From: Daphnia carinata
Lineage: Eukaryota
Direction: 5' to 3'
Length of the DNA: 64,000 nt
NCBI RefSeq assembly: GCF_022539665.2
Contig: NC_081331.1
Coordinates: 8,618,001 to 8,682,000 of the forward strand
Below are positions 38,601-50,237 of this stretch, in pieces (position 1 is the first letter of the stretch; each line of letters begins with the position of its first letter). A program made the position numbers and the translations under genes. The notes beneath the pieces were generated by a model. That model made no database searches. It was not told the DNA's origin and saw nothing but the letters and a program-made list of their open reading frames with translations.

Positions 38601-38926
38601 AAAAATAGATTTTTAACTTAACTTAGAGACCATATTTGCCTTCTTTTTTACTTGTACTGCAGTAGTCTGCATTGAGCCAAACAATTGCTTGACGAATCTG
38701 TTGCTGATGGGTTATTTACAACAAATGATGAGTCTGTTGCACTGCTACCCACTAATGATGAATATAGGTAGCAGCCTACATACTCTCCCTGCAATGCTAT
38801 GATAAATGCATCAAGTTTAGTTTGCATTTTCTACTAATTTAATTCCATGAACATGGGAAAACCTTGGGTTGAATAATAGAACTGCATTGTATATAACATG
38901 ATCAAACTAATGAGCTGATTCGACAT
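35687..38926 (-). CDS. Wsck: Wsck-type receptor tyrosine kinase-like protein (signal peptide, WSC, FN3, TM, kinase-like domain), ~831 aa, 12 exons
   Basis: Exons 38926-38863, 38796-38652, 38592-38438, 38356-38054, 37997-37768, 37705-37118, 37042-36829, 36757-36644, 36579-36392, 36336-36229, 36168-36057 and 35961-35687 join in frame (2496 nt). WSC domain: YVGCY...CVC...C...C...C..SMSVY. FN3: WEHP..SNGVILEY..LQPGTQYNVSVRA. TM: LVVGLSAAIGVLGFLLLISIVVYFYL. Kinase motifs: GTGNFG, KRWMAPE, WSYGIVLWEIVTLG, CWQ...ERP. Confidence 0.9.
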
Positions 38927-39730
38927 GGTTTCCAGAAGATATTTGCGTTCGATTCACTTGTCATCACAACACGGTAAAGCGCCACACCCAGACGTCCCAC
39001 GATTTGTTAATAGGTCAACGAACCTAAAACTTAAAATATAAAAGAAATGGCCGATATTGGAATAAAATTTCTGTAGTAGTAAGTATCCTCCGACGTCAGA
39101 ATTAAACACTACACTGGGCTAAGCTGGGGTTTATGAGAAGATCAAATGCTAAAATCTGTTTCCCATCAGCTGCCCGCGCTATTGTGATATGCAATGCCGA
39201 GCGCTGTGGCCAGACAGAGCGCAGAGATGCAATGGTTTAAAATAGGAGGTAAAAAAGAAAATCTGGCAATGTGACCGCGATTACAAGTGTTTTGTGATTA
39301 CTATTTCAGCTGTGGAAGAACCATGGCCTACTATAATACATACTAGGCTTTGTTGGATTCGATAGTTTTTGGTTGGTTTTTATACAGTTCTGCAACCAGG
39401 ACACAGCAGCAAGACATTTTCAGTTGTCAGCTACCATGGAACGTTGAAACTTTTCGCTGATAAACGCGTAACCGACGAAAACCATAACGATGGCAACAGA
39501 AGTCAAAACTTTTAACAACTGGATATTCTTCGCATCTGGTGGCAGAAAAAAGAACTAATTCTCTGCCGAGGCACTGTCGGCACAAGATTTTCAAAATGGC
39601 CTTAAGGGAGCAGCTTCTCCTCCTTTCCTCCTTCGTGCTTCTACAGGGCAGGATATTGAAAACAAATAAAAGAACTAATTTTGCCGCTTTTTGCAACGTT
39701 GCCGCAACCGTTTTAATATGATGATTTTAC

Positions 39731-40288
39731 CATGGTGTAAAAGGATGGTGAAACAACTCTCCATTTTAAGGCCTATCTCCAATGAAGCCTGTTTTCAGAG
39801 GGGTGGGCGTGGCCTAACTGAGGAGACTTATAGCCAACGCCACCATCGGAACTACTTAGGAACTTCGCCAACCACTGAATGGCAAAGGAGGAGATATACT
39901 AGTGTCGCGTTAGCGAAACATCTGCAAGTGCAATGGTCTAGTGGACAAAGCATTCCATTATTACACGGGAGTCTCGAGTTCGAATCCAGTATAAAATTTT
40001 CTTTTTTCTCCTTTCCTAATGTAAAATGGCTAAAGTTTTGTTGATTTTTATTTTGTTAAGAAGCGACAAGTATAAATAAGATTTTTTTCCACTTTTTCCA
40101 CATTCTATTAATGGGACATGTCACCTTGTTTGGACTTAGAAAATTTTTCAAGTAGGCGCAGCCTTTACTTTTTACTTCAATATCGGCCACTAAGCGTCTC
40201 TCACTATAGGTAACCTAGACCCCAAATAGCCTTCAGCCGAGATAGGCTGTTATAACGAAGAGTTGTTTCACCATCCTTTTACACCATG
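39731..40288. mobile_element. Non-autonomous P-superfamily-like DNA transposon (MITE), 558 bp
   Basis: Perfect 30-bp TIR CATGGTGTAAAAGGATGGTGAAACAACTCT, extending imperfectly to ~64 bp. 7-bp TSD ATTTTAC at 39724-39730 and 40289-40295. CATG termini as in P elements. Confidence 0.85.
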
Positions 40289-40518
40289 ATTTTACCATCA
40301 TTATTTTACCATCATCATGTCGCCCTTTTTTTCAACTACTATATCAGCGGTTCAAAATTTTCATAAAATTTGCGTATAAATAAATAAAATTTTAATTAGA
40401 AAAAATTAAATAAAATTATATTTTGGGGTAAAATCAGGAAAATAGGCTAGAAAGAGGTGAGAAGCGGATGATGGAGTTGAGGTTAGCTTATCCTTTGCTC
40501 ACCATCACGGTGATTCAT

Positions 40519-40838
40519 TGTTATGTATAGATTACACTACAATAATTATTTTATGTTTTTATTTGACACTTCCGTGTCCGCTTTTGCTTTCCCTATACTC
40601 CCTCCTCCTCCTAACGAATCTCTTCTTCCCTCTAGCGTTCTCCCCTTATTTCTCTATGACTACTCTACAAATATAGCGCCAGTTAACAGTTAGCAAGTCA
40701 ACGTGTATGTCGGCGCATCTCTTTGTTTTACGCTCTCCCATTCGAGTTCCTTGTATCACCCAATAAGCTTTAGTGATTACAATTCGATACAATTGTTCTC
40801 TACGTTCACCTTATCAGTCTTCGTCTTGGCTCGGAACA
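40519..40838 (+). mobile_element. Probable solo LTR
   Basis: TGTT...AACA termini, ~320 bp long, with TATA-like AAATATAG and poly(A)-like CAATAAG. A diverged second copy lies at ~52429-52635. No clean TSD was found. Confidence 0.5.
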
Positions 40839-41520
40839 ATCCTTTGAAATCATAGTTAATTGAGTAAATTTTATAGAACAGAGTGGAACTTGGACTATTA
40901 ATAGCCCGTTTTTCCATCTAAAACTTGACTTTGTTTGATGCTAATAAATTTAAATGATTAATTTTACCACATTTTCATTTTTAAATTTTTGTATTACATC
41001 GAATCGTTTTCCCAGCTAATGGCTCCAGGCCTCCATTCTTATCTCTATTTCAGTCCTAATCAAAATTAACCCCGTTCTGACAGACTACATGCGTTCTTCC
41101 AGGGACAAAACAACGTCCGCAACACTCTCTCCAATATAAACAAGACGATCGAGTCACCAAAACTGCGTTTTGTGCAGGTTGATACTCCAATCGTCTCGGT
41201 GTGTCCCCTATAACGTTCAAAATGTAGGGAGTAGAGAAGCGATGGCGGTTAAAAGCAAGGTTTTACCGCTTCATCTTTCCACTGCCATACATTTTTTCTG
41301 ATTACAGAGAGCGCTAGTTAAAATGAGAGCATTAGTTTGGGTGCCTTGCTTCTTCGGAACACGGGTGCGTCTAAACGGCGCAATTTGATTATTTCTGAAA
41401 TTTGAAACAAGAATGTAGCCAGGATTGCATTACCCAGGAACAAAGCAAAATTATTCAATGAGAAAAGAGAGTCGGATTTTTTTTGAAAAAAAACGAAATT
41501 ATTTTAGTCACATTTTCATC

Positions 41521-43878
41521 CTACTTTCGCAGGTCTTGACGCTTTTTAAGAAGATTTTGGGCCCTTTCTTTGAGATTATTAGCTTTTTGACTCAATGACC
41601 TTTCAGCATTTTGCATCAGCTTAATAACAGCGTTGTTTTGCGAGACTTTAGGCTTACGAAATTCACTCCTCTTTAGCCATCGTTTGAACTTAGACTCTTT
41701 CTTCTTCTTGCTAATATCCGTGTCCTTTTGTGTGATGTCCGTACTGCCCATCTCGTCAATCTTCTCTGCCCCAACGATGCTACCGCCTTCCGTTGCGGTT
41801 TCGCGTAAAGCAGTGAGGGCCTCAGAGAGCGCGTCCGCTTGCTCTTCAGCCGCTTGTATTGCTGTACGGTTGGCCTGGATTACAGCCTCGTTCTTTTCTG
41901 TAGCTAGCCGGTATTGCATCATCAGATCTTGTATAGTTCTTTGAGCATCTTCTTCCGCCTGTTGCATCACTGCAATCGTCGTCGTAAAGTTCTGGTTTTC
42001 AGCCTCAAGGACTTGTAGTTTTGTTTGTAATTCCTGCATTTCTGCACATGGTTGGTGGCTAACATCGACATCGGATTCCGATTGGGATGATGGGCGTCGA
42101 GCAGAACTTTCTGGGATGCTTAAATCTGTCTGCGTTTCCAGTAGTCCGTTGGTTCTGACTAAGTCTGGTGTAAGTTGGTCAAAAAGGGAGGCAGCTTTGC
42201 AGCTGTTCATCATCCTCTCGCTTTCTGTGCGCAGACCTTCAAGCTCTTTACGGAGTTCGATAGTCTCGTGTTCTTTCGCAGCGGTCGTTTCACGCAAATT
42301 GTTCAGGACCTTATTGGCTATCTCAAGGTCAGTCTTTACCAGGCTATTTTTCTCTAACAATCGGTGATTTTCTGTCTGTAGCCGACCTAATTTCTTCTTT
42401 AAGTCTTCGTTGCTTTCGCTCAGTTTTAGCTCGCTTGATCGCCAATCAGACTTTCGTTTACGAACGGAGGCGTTCAGCCTTTCCATGTCGATTTTGATTT
42501 CTTCGTTTTGTTTGTCTAGTTGATCACAGAGCGTTTTGACTTCTGCAAGCTCATGGCGTAGTTCGTCATCCGCAAGTGTCTTCTCATGCATGATCTTACT
42601 GGCTAACTCTAAATCAGATTTTAGCGAAGCTATAGTTGAGAGGTGTTCTTCAACCACAGATCTCTCTTGATCTGCAGCTCGCTCTGCCGCTTGCTTTGCA
42701 TCCAGGATCTTGCGATTTTTTGAATACAAGGAATTCAGCCTTGTTTTCAAATTCTCCTTGTCATCCATCAGCTTTAACTCCGTTTCCCGCAAAGAAGCAA
42801 CCTGTTGTTTAAGACTTTCATTTTCCTCGCGGACGGAAGATTCTTCTTGTTGCTTACTTTTCAAATCGTATAACTCGGCCTTCACCTCATCCAGATGATA
42901 CAGTTTTACGTTGAGTGTTTCGATCGCTAAATCTAGAGTTGATTTGAGCGATCGGTTATCGTCAGTGATGCGCTTAACTTCAGCGGTTTTTAAGTCAAGA
43001 TCGTTCTGGTATTCTCCTTGTAAAGTCACCAGTTTCGTCGTTAAATCTACATTCTCCTTAATTAGGTCAAATTTAACTGATTCACAATCCGATTGCCATT
43101 TCATGGCAGTCGCGCGCAAAGATGATCGATTCTCTGTTGCTCTATTATTGACAAGAGGTGAACATTTCAATGTGCTATGATCATTTTGTTGTGCATCAGG
43201 TTGTTCGTTTCGTTGCTGGTAAATGCCAACTGGCGTGCTTTGGAGAACCTCATTAGTGGTTTGCAGGTTAGAATCAAGAATTTGCGTTTCAGTTTGTTCA
43301 AATACTGAAAGCTTACAAAGAAGGTTCTTATTTTCGCTCTCCGCGGCCTCTAAGCTTCTTTGCAGGTCACTAATCTCATTCTGAAGCTGTGTTTCGATGA
43401 GTTGACGTTGCTGTTCCTGCTCAAATACACTAGTCCGCATTGAAGCTACTTCTTGTTTGAGTTCTTCATTTCCGTACTGCATCTCCTCCAGGCTCGTTAC
43501 GATGAAACTTAATTGTTGAAATTTTTGCTGGAAATTGAAAATCTCTTTACGCATTTCTCCGTGTTCTTCTTCGAGCATTTCAACATAGTTTTCGATTCCA
43601 TTATCGGTCGCCATGGAATGATGGAGTTTCATGTTTTCAGGATTGTTACATGAAGGAGGACAATCTGAAACAGGTTGGCTTTCTGGTTGAGAGACTATGG
43701 ATATTTCCTGGTTGTGTCCGGGTAACCCTTCTCGTTCTGGTACTTGGGTTATTGTGGTTACAGATCTCGATTCGTTTTCTGGTGTGTGATCTAGGTAGGA
43801 TTGGTTGATCCCACAATACATGAAAGCATGCAACATCCAAAAAAGAAATCCGACAACTCCAGCAATTACGTCGCACAT
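41521..43878 (-). CDS. Uncharacterised long coiled-coil protein, 785 aa, intronless CDS, N-terminal hydrophobic segment
   Basis: Uninterrupted 2358-nt ORF rich in E/L/K/Q with heptad character. The ORF track's GTG start at 43974 coincides with a splice donor (GAG|GTGAGG), with an acceptor near 43900, so the likely start is ATG 43878 (MCDVIAGVVGFLFWMLHAF). Basic C-terminus KKKKESKFKRWLKR. Confidence 0.75.
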   Translation of the reverse strand: MCDVIAGVVGFLFWMLHAFMYCGINQSYLDHTPENESRSVTTITQVPEREGLPGHNQEISIVSQPESQPVSDCPPSCNNPENMKLHHSMATDNGIENYVEMLEEEHGEMRKEIFNFQQKFQQLSFIVTSLEEMQYGNEELKQEVASMRTSVFEQEQQRQLIETQLQNEISDLQRSLEAAESENKNLLCKLSVFEQTETQILDSNLQTTNEVLQSTPVGIYQQRNEQPDAQQNDHSTLKCSPLVNNRATENRSSLRATAMKWQSDCESVKFDLIKENVDLTTKLVTLQGEYQNDLDLKTAEVKRITDDNRSLKSTLDLAIETLNVKLYHLDEVKAELYDLKSKQQEESSVREENESLKQQVASLRETELKLMDDKENLKTRLNSLYSKNRKILDAKQAAERAADQERSVVEEHLSTIASLKSDLELASKIMHEKTLADDELRHELAEVKTLCDQLDKQNEEIKIDMERLNASVRKRKSDWRSSELKLSESNEDLKKKLGRLQTENHRLLEKNSLVKTDLEIANKVLNNLRETTAAKEHETIELRKELEGLRTESERMMNSCKAASLFDQLTPDLVRTNGLLETQTDLSIPESSARRPSSQSESDVDVSHQPCAEMQELQTKLQVLEAENQNFTTTIAVMQQAEEDAQRTIQDLMMQYRLATEKNEAVIQANRTAIQAAEEQADALSEALTALRETATEGGSIVGAEKIDEMGSTDITQKDTDISKKKKESKFKRWLKRSEFRKPKVSQNNAVIKLMQNAERSLSQKANNLKERAQNLLKKRQDLRK

Positions 43879-44869
43879 TTTTGAATTAGTAGCTGTAAAC
43901 TGAAATGAATATCGATAAATAGAATAACCTAAGCGCCTGCTTATGCTTTTAGGAAAATTTTGGTAAACCCTCACCTCAACTAAGGGCTTATTTTTCGTAC
44001 TTAGTTAATATTTGTACTATTTGTAACATATCGTGATTGTTATAAAAGGTTTCTCAATATTTTTACAATCATAGTTCCCTAAAATTTATACATGCATTAA
44101 ACTTAAAATTGTAAATGTCGATGTAATTATGGAAATAATTTTGTAGAGAATTTGTGTACTTTTGCATAGGGATTGCACGAATAAGGATGAACATGAATAA
44201 GGAAGGCAGGCATACTATCAGCTGCGATGCAGAATCGTGGTGAGCTCCACAGATGGCGTTGCGGCAGGTTGGTTGGGACATGCAAATGTTGAAAAATATA
44301 ATAATATGGGATTTTCACATTTTTCCCAGCGTACTACAAATGAAAAATTACGTATGGTAAAGACGTATATAAATATTTATATAAATTAAAAATTAAATTT
44401 GAAGTTTAAATTAATCAAAATTAAATTATTAAATCAATCTTGACGATCTCTAAACTATCAACAAAATCGTAAAATTTATCGAACATTTTCCAGATTCAGT
44501 GAGAGACAAGTATCTTTTTCTTTAATTTCGTCAAATCATGAATGAGGAGAGTGTTATGATCAATGCCAGAACACTGTGCAGAGTGTCCTAAAAGAATTTT
44601 CATTTATAGTGTGTCATGGGAACTGGAGTGATACTGTAAACTTCAGTGTATTCTCTGTAATAGAGGCTGTGACTCATCAACAGCCGAACTATGCCTACTG
44701 TGCCAAGGTAATATTACACAGCTTTGCTATACATTATGCTTAGCCAAATTATTGTGGATGAATAACATCCACTTGCTGACCATCGTTTTGTAAATCTTGA
44801 ATTCCAGACACATCTCTTTTTAATAAATATTTTTCTGTTCAGTTAAGTAACGTTTAGTACAAATACTCA

Positions 44870-47800
44870 ATATAGGGCATGCAGTTTGAAGGATCCAGAG
44901 GTAGCAGACCTCTTTGACCATGATAAAACTGCCGGAAGATATCCTTTAAGTCCTTATTCAAAAGTGACATCACATCCACCATGATGTCAAGGCTGGCAAT
45001 ATTCTTCTGACTAAAATTAGAATTGGACTCTTGTCTTCAAAAGAATCCATCTGGCAGAACCACTAGTGGTCTTCTTATACACATATGCGTATAATTACGA
45101 ATTGACCAGAACTTTTGAACTGGTAATTAACATTCTTCATTATAATACAGTAGCATCAAGTTATTACACGTCCACCTGGGACTGTAATAATTGATCTGAT
45201 ACATCACACTAAAGCTGCTGTTCGTGATCTGGACAATTTAAACTACCGTAAAATGAAGAAAATCTTGATGGTTGATTCTTGTGAAACGGAAAGCAATGTT
45301 GGTGAAGCGGAAAGCAATAAGGTGATCGATCGCGCATACTTCTCATCATCTTTGTAGGTATGAATACTAACGAAACTTGTCTTCTTTAGGCGAAGAAGAA
45401 CAAGGCGGTGACAGTAGTAAAAGTAATTTAATAACGTCCGAACAAAATACTCAATTAGCCGGCATTAGCGCTAGTTCACAAAGTAGCTCTACGAGCAGCA
45501 TTCCGCCACGCACAGCGAATCCAGAAAACAGCTCGATATATCCCATGTCGGTTCGAAATCGAACAAAGGTAAAGCGTTCGTTGCGAAAAATAATTTTAAA
45601 AAAATCAATTTCAGTAAAATTATTCATTTTGCAAGCATTCGTTTTGTTCCATGAGCTTCAATATTTGTATTTTTTTTATTTTCTGTGATTATTACCCAAA
45701 TAAAAGTCGCTGCACGCCAACAACTTGTTGGCTGCGTGCGACTGTCTATCATTTAGCACCAACGCAACAAACAGCCTGAATACCAATCACTTCGCTACCA
45801 TTAGAACTACGTCGATCATTTCTAAACAGCAAAAAGAGCATATGCAAGAAGAAATGCACGAGCAAATGTCTGGCTACAAACACATGCACCGAGAACACCA
45901 GAGTTCTCTGATCAAGATAGTAAAGCAGTATTACTTTGTTTCATTTCATTTTATTTGTTTTATTTGTGGTACCCATGATTCAAACTCGCCACGTTCATTC
46001 CCATTGTCTATTTAACAGCTGGCAGAGAGATATAGAGTAGAAATGGAGGGTCATAAGCAAATGTTAGACAAAGAGTACGAAACGTTATTAACATCATTCC
46101 GTAAAGAACTGGAAAAGCTTCATGTGAAACATCAACAAGAACTTGAACGCAAGGTAGAAAATCCCTTAAAGCTCTTTTGGTGTTACCACCATTAACTGTA
46201 CATTTTCCAAACTGAATGTGAAGCAGAATTTATCCGGCGAGAAAAAGCTGACCGAAGAAATCAACGCGCGACATTTGCTCGAGCGCAAAAATTTTGAAAT
46301 TTAGGTGCGTCGTGAATACAAGCAAACTAAAGAAAGGTGGAAGCAGGAACTCAGCAGTGATGCGAGCACAACAAAACGCCAACGAGATGCATCTCTACAG
46401 TATGTTTGTTTTTATAGAGGAAAAAATTAATGAAGTTCTTGTGTTCTGATCAACAATAATTTTTTTCTAGGAATTACAAAGATTCCTTGAAGGCAATCGA
46501 AGCGCGTGAGGAAGAACGATTGACGAAGAGTTAGAAGGACTATTTGGAATTAGAGGTACGCAGGTTACGGCGTGCAAAACTCCTGTCTTATCACCGACTG
46601 AAACGTGAGCTGTTGTGTGAAGAGTTCAATGGAAGGCAAGCTCAATTGGAAACATCCCACGCCTTGTTGCTTCTCCACCATAAGCTGACGCAGGAGCTGG
46701 AATATCGGCAGCAACGTGCAGTTCACATGCAGCGCGAGGAACAGCTTAGGCGACAGCATCAGACGGAATTTTCCAATCTGCATGAGTACACCCAGCGTGC
46801 ATTGCGTGAACTACGCAAAAAACACGCCGTCGAGTTGAAGCAACAGCCCAAAAAGTTCGAAACAAAAAAAATTTTTATCCGTAAGCAATTCCGGGAGACG
46901 GTTAAAATTCAAACACGCCAATATAAAGCGCTCAAGGCCCGCTGGCCTCGACACCACGAGACCAACAAAAAAGTGTGAATAAGAAACTGAAAGAAAATCA
47001 GTGACGCAAATTGACTCTTCTTGGTGAACAGTACGAGCAAAGTATCGCCGAAATGCTACAGAAACAGTCGGTATGTATTTCTCTCTGCTTTTGGTTTTTG
47101 GTTAATCTGCCATTTCGCCCAGTAGCCCCTAAATGGCTTCAGAATATTTGAGGAAGCATCAGTTAACTGTAAAGAACGAACGGAAAAACAAAAAACAGTG
47201 TTTAAGAAGCCGTGTTAGATATCTGCGATCGCAAATCGGTCCCAAGTTTACCCAATGGATCTCTTAGCTAATGTACAATTCTAAAACTATGCTTCAATAG
47301 TAAAGAAAAGGAAGTGATGGGTTAAGAGAATCAGTAGCAGCCCGTTAATACTAACAAAAACGTTGCATTTTCAGCAACTTCCAGTGATGAGACGGCACAT
47401 TGTAGTATCATACCGCTTACTCATTTGAAATTTTACGCAGTTACCTCACAGTGAAATTTATGTAATCTCTTGGAAATGGTACTGATTCCCACTAACGAAA
47501 ACGTGTCAATCAGCCAATGTGAAGTCGCAACTAGTAAGTTGTGTTAAACAATTTGTTTGCGGTATACACCGTAGACTAGATTTCCATTGGCTGCCAAAGA
47601 CTATCTCGCTGTCCACGTAAAATTACAGCAAGCGCTCATAACAAAATAATTTTCCGCAATGTTATTGCGCTTACTTCGGGTCAGTCAGAAATTTGCCCTG
47701 TTTTCGAATGTCAAATCTATGGTGCATTGGCAGTGATATAGATACAATACCTTTCTAATGGTATTTTGGCTTTATGTGGAAATAGGATGAATTTTCACTG

Positions 47801-48840
47801 AATAAAATTGAGAAATCTGGTAAGGCGTGTTGAGGTATTAAAGCTCATTGTTGCACAGTCCGATTTATGGGGTTTATAGGCAACTGTTTGGCCGCACGAG
47901 TCGGAACCGAACTACTTTTCCATTCTTAGATCGGCGACATAGTTTAAGACAACCTTTCTTTGCGATCCGCAAATGAAATTCCGTTCTACAAAATGTAACG
48001 TCTGTTGTCTGAGGCAGACAAGGTAAATTAGCATGGAAGCCTAACCATTAAACCGAATGCTGGGCGTTAAGAATAGGAAAGGGTTGTGAGGTAGATTTGC
48101 TTGTACAACCAATAAAATCCCCAACTGTAAATTGTACTTGTCAATTAAATGTTTCACTCTAGATGCTAATTGCCTTTGCTTTTGCATCATCTAGATACGC
48201 CTAGACGAATCGCAAGAAGTGGAAGCCCAAGTAATGCGGGACAAGTTGCAACGAGAGTTGGAAATTCTTATGGCTTACCAGTCAAAAAGTAAAATGACAG
48301 CAGAAGCATAGCGCAATAGAGAGAGATCAGAATTGGAGTAAATGGTGTCCGTGCGCCGTGCCCTACTGGAACAAGTGGTTAGCAATTTCATATATAAAGA
48401 AAAATGAAAACAATCTTTTCCTCACGTCTTATGTGCACAAAAAAAATCTAATGCATCTGGTTTCCTATATGGCGTAGCAGTTTATTAGCTTTGAAGCTGC
48501 TCCAGTTTAGTATGTTGATAATTATAATTTTCAAAATACCGCTAGGTGGAAGAATAAACGCGAGAAGTCTTACGTGAACGCTTCGACCGGATCCGTCTGC
48601 TTCACGAAAATTAGGCCAGAGAATTAGAACGTTAAGACAACGAATCCATGAGACTCGGCTTCAGGTTTTCACATTTTCGTTTCTGTTTTTGGTTTTAAGT
48701 TTACGACTCTGTTTGCTAATGTGAATGAAATGACTATTATGCAGTGCATTAGCCATTGCTGAACCTCCCCGTGAAACGTATGGAGATGAAGACTCTGACA
48801 GCATCACCGGAAGTACGCTTAGCCTGAATCGTCCAGGTAA
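44870..48840 (+). pseudogene. Tao: Unprocessed pseudogene of TAO (STE20-family) kinase
   Basis: Colinear TAO fragments: [158 protein letters not shown]. Introns are retained and most of the kinase domain is missing. In-frame stops occur at 46302, 46532, 47002, 48309 and 48339, along with frameshifts. Confidence 0.9.
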
Positions 48841-49766
48841 AAGCATTCATTATCGCCTTAATCACCATTTATTTCTCATCGTTGGTTTGAATTCGAAGCG
48901 GTACCGAACCACCACGGTGCAAATGGCTCAGCGGCAACCACCTCAGCGTCGTCATCTTCACAATCAACCTCGTTCACTCCGTCATCCAATTCGGTTTCTT
49001 CCAACTACGCCTGCACTGGACGACCATGAATTGTGTGGCCATCCACTTAGGTGTTACGCGACCTCTAACCCTTATATAGCATTTACTTTCAGCACCTCCG
49101 TACGCCACCATAGAAGTGGCATGGGATTAATGGTCGAATCGATCCCCAGCATTAAAAGCATGACATGAGTATGCAGGCTTGACTCCCAACAGATTGATTG
49201 ATACATAGCCATTAGGTTATGGAGAGGTGAAAGGAGGTGGTGGGCAATTAGTCAACACCCTCTTCCGAATCCATCTCGGGCGAACCTGCTGTTTTTTTAT
49301 TTGTAATTATCCGTATGTTTAACAGGCCATAAATCCGCATGATCCTTGAAAAACAAGACCAAGAAATAGTAACCACAACTATAAAGAAAATGTATAAAAA
49401 GATAAAAAAAAGGAACAAACAAAAACAAAAAGAAATTTAAGAAGAAAAATAAACCAGAAGTATATACAGTGCAGGTCCAGTTATAGAACCAGCCTGTGCG
49501 CGGTTCTATAACTGAATGGTTCTATAACCGAGCAGCCGATTTCAGAGCCAACTATCGCCGATGCATTTATCGCTCAGGTTTTGACAGTATGAGCATCTAA
49601 AAGCGAGTAGCACAGGGATAATGCTGATGTCTATGCAACTACCCGGAATAGTGAGGGTTATCATATTACCCCTTAATATCTTAACAATTTCCGCATTTTT
49701 TTTTCCAACAAGAGGGTTCTACCACAAAGAGAATGCCCTATCAGCGATTGGCCATTATATTAGATA

Positions 49767-50237
49767 CAGTGCCGGTCCACTTATAAAAACCCCTAGCTAT
49801 GGAACCCGCTCGGTTATCGAACCGATTTTTCTTTGCCGTGTTTCACCGCCCATAATTAATAAATGGAACAAAACAGAACAACACGAAAAGTGTCGTTTTG
49901 TAATACAGTTCTTAAAAAATTTTGTTTACATTATAAAGCAAAGAAAAGTAGCACAATAATTCATTTTGTTCTATTATTTCCCGTCTGAATTCGTTTGAAA
50001 GGCAATTATTTTACGTAGGGTCAATTTAATCCAATTTGTACTATTGTCAAAAATTGCTAAAATCAATTCGAGTAACATGTATTTGTGCGTTTTAAAGTGC
50101 GTAACCTGTTCATTCCCACCAAGAAACAGATTTAGTTCACAATACAGCCAAAGGCGGCGCTGAAACACGGCAAAAAAAATCGGTTCGATAACCGAGCCGG
50201 TTCCATAGCTAGGCGGTTCTATAAGTGGACGGCACTA
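49767..50237. mobile_element. Tc1/mariner (pogo-like) MITE with ~85-bp TIRs
   Basis: The left end TA|CAGTGCCGGTCCACTTATAAAAACCCCTAGCTATGGAACCCGCTCGGTTATCGAACCGATTTTT... is the near-exact reverse complement of 50155-50237. It has TA flanks. A related extra left end, TA|CAGTGCAGGTCCAGTTATAGAACC, starts at 49467. Confidence 0.85.

Noticed and set aside
39928..39995. Functional tRNA gene
   Set aside because: A and B boxes are present, but the acceptor and anticodon stems do not form convincingly. Treated as a tRNA-derived remnant.
43879..43974. N-terminal 32 aa of the 817-aa ORF call
   Set aside because: The GTG is a splice donor and the segment looks like a 5' UTR intron. ATG 43878 is preferred.
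46544..46978. Stand-alone 144-aa coiled-coil gene
   Set aside because: It is an internal TAO exon bounded by a nonsense codon and a frameshift.
48087..48110. let-7-like TGAGGTAG start
   Set aside because: Only the seed matches and no convincing hairpin or star arm is present.
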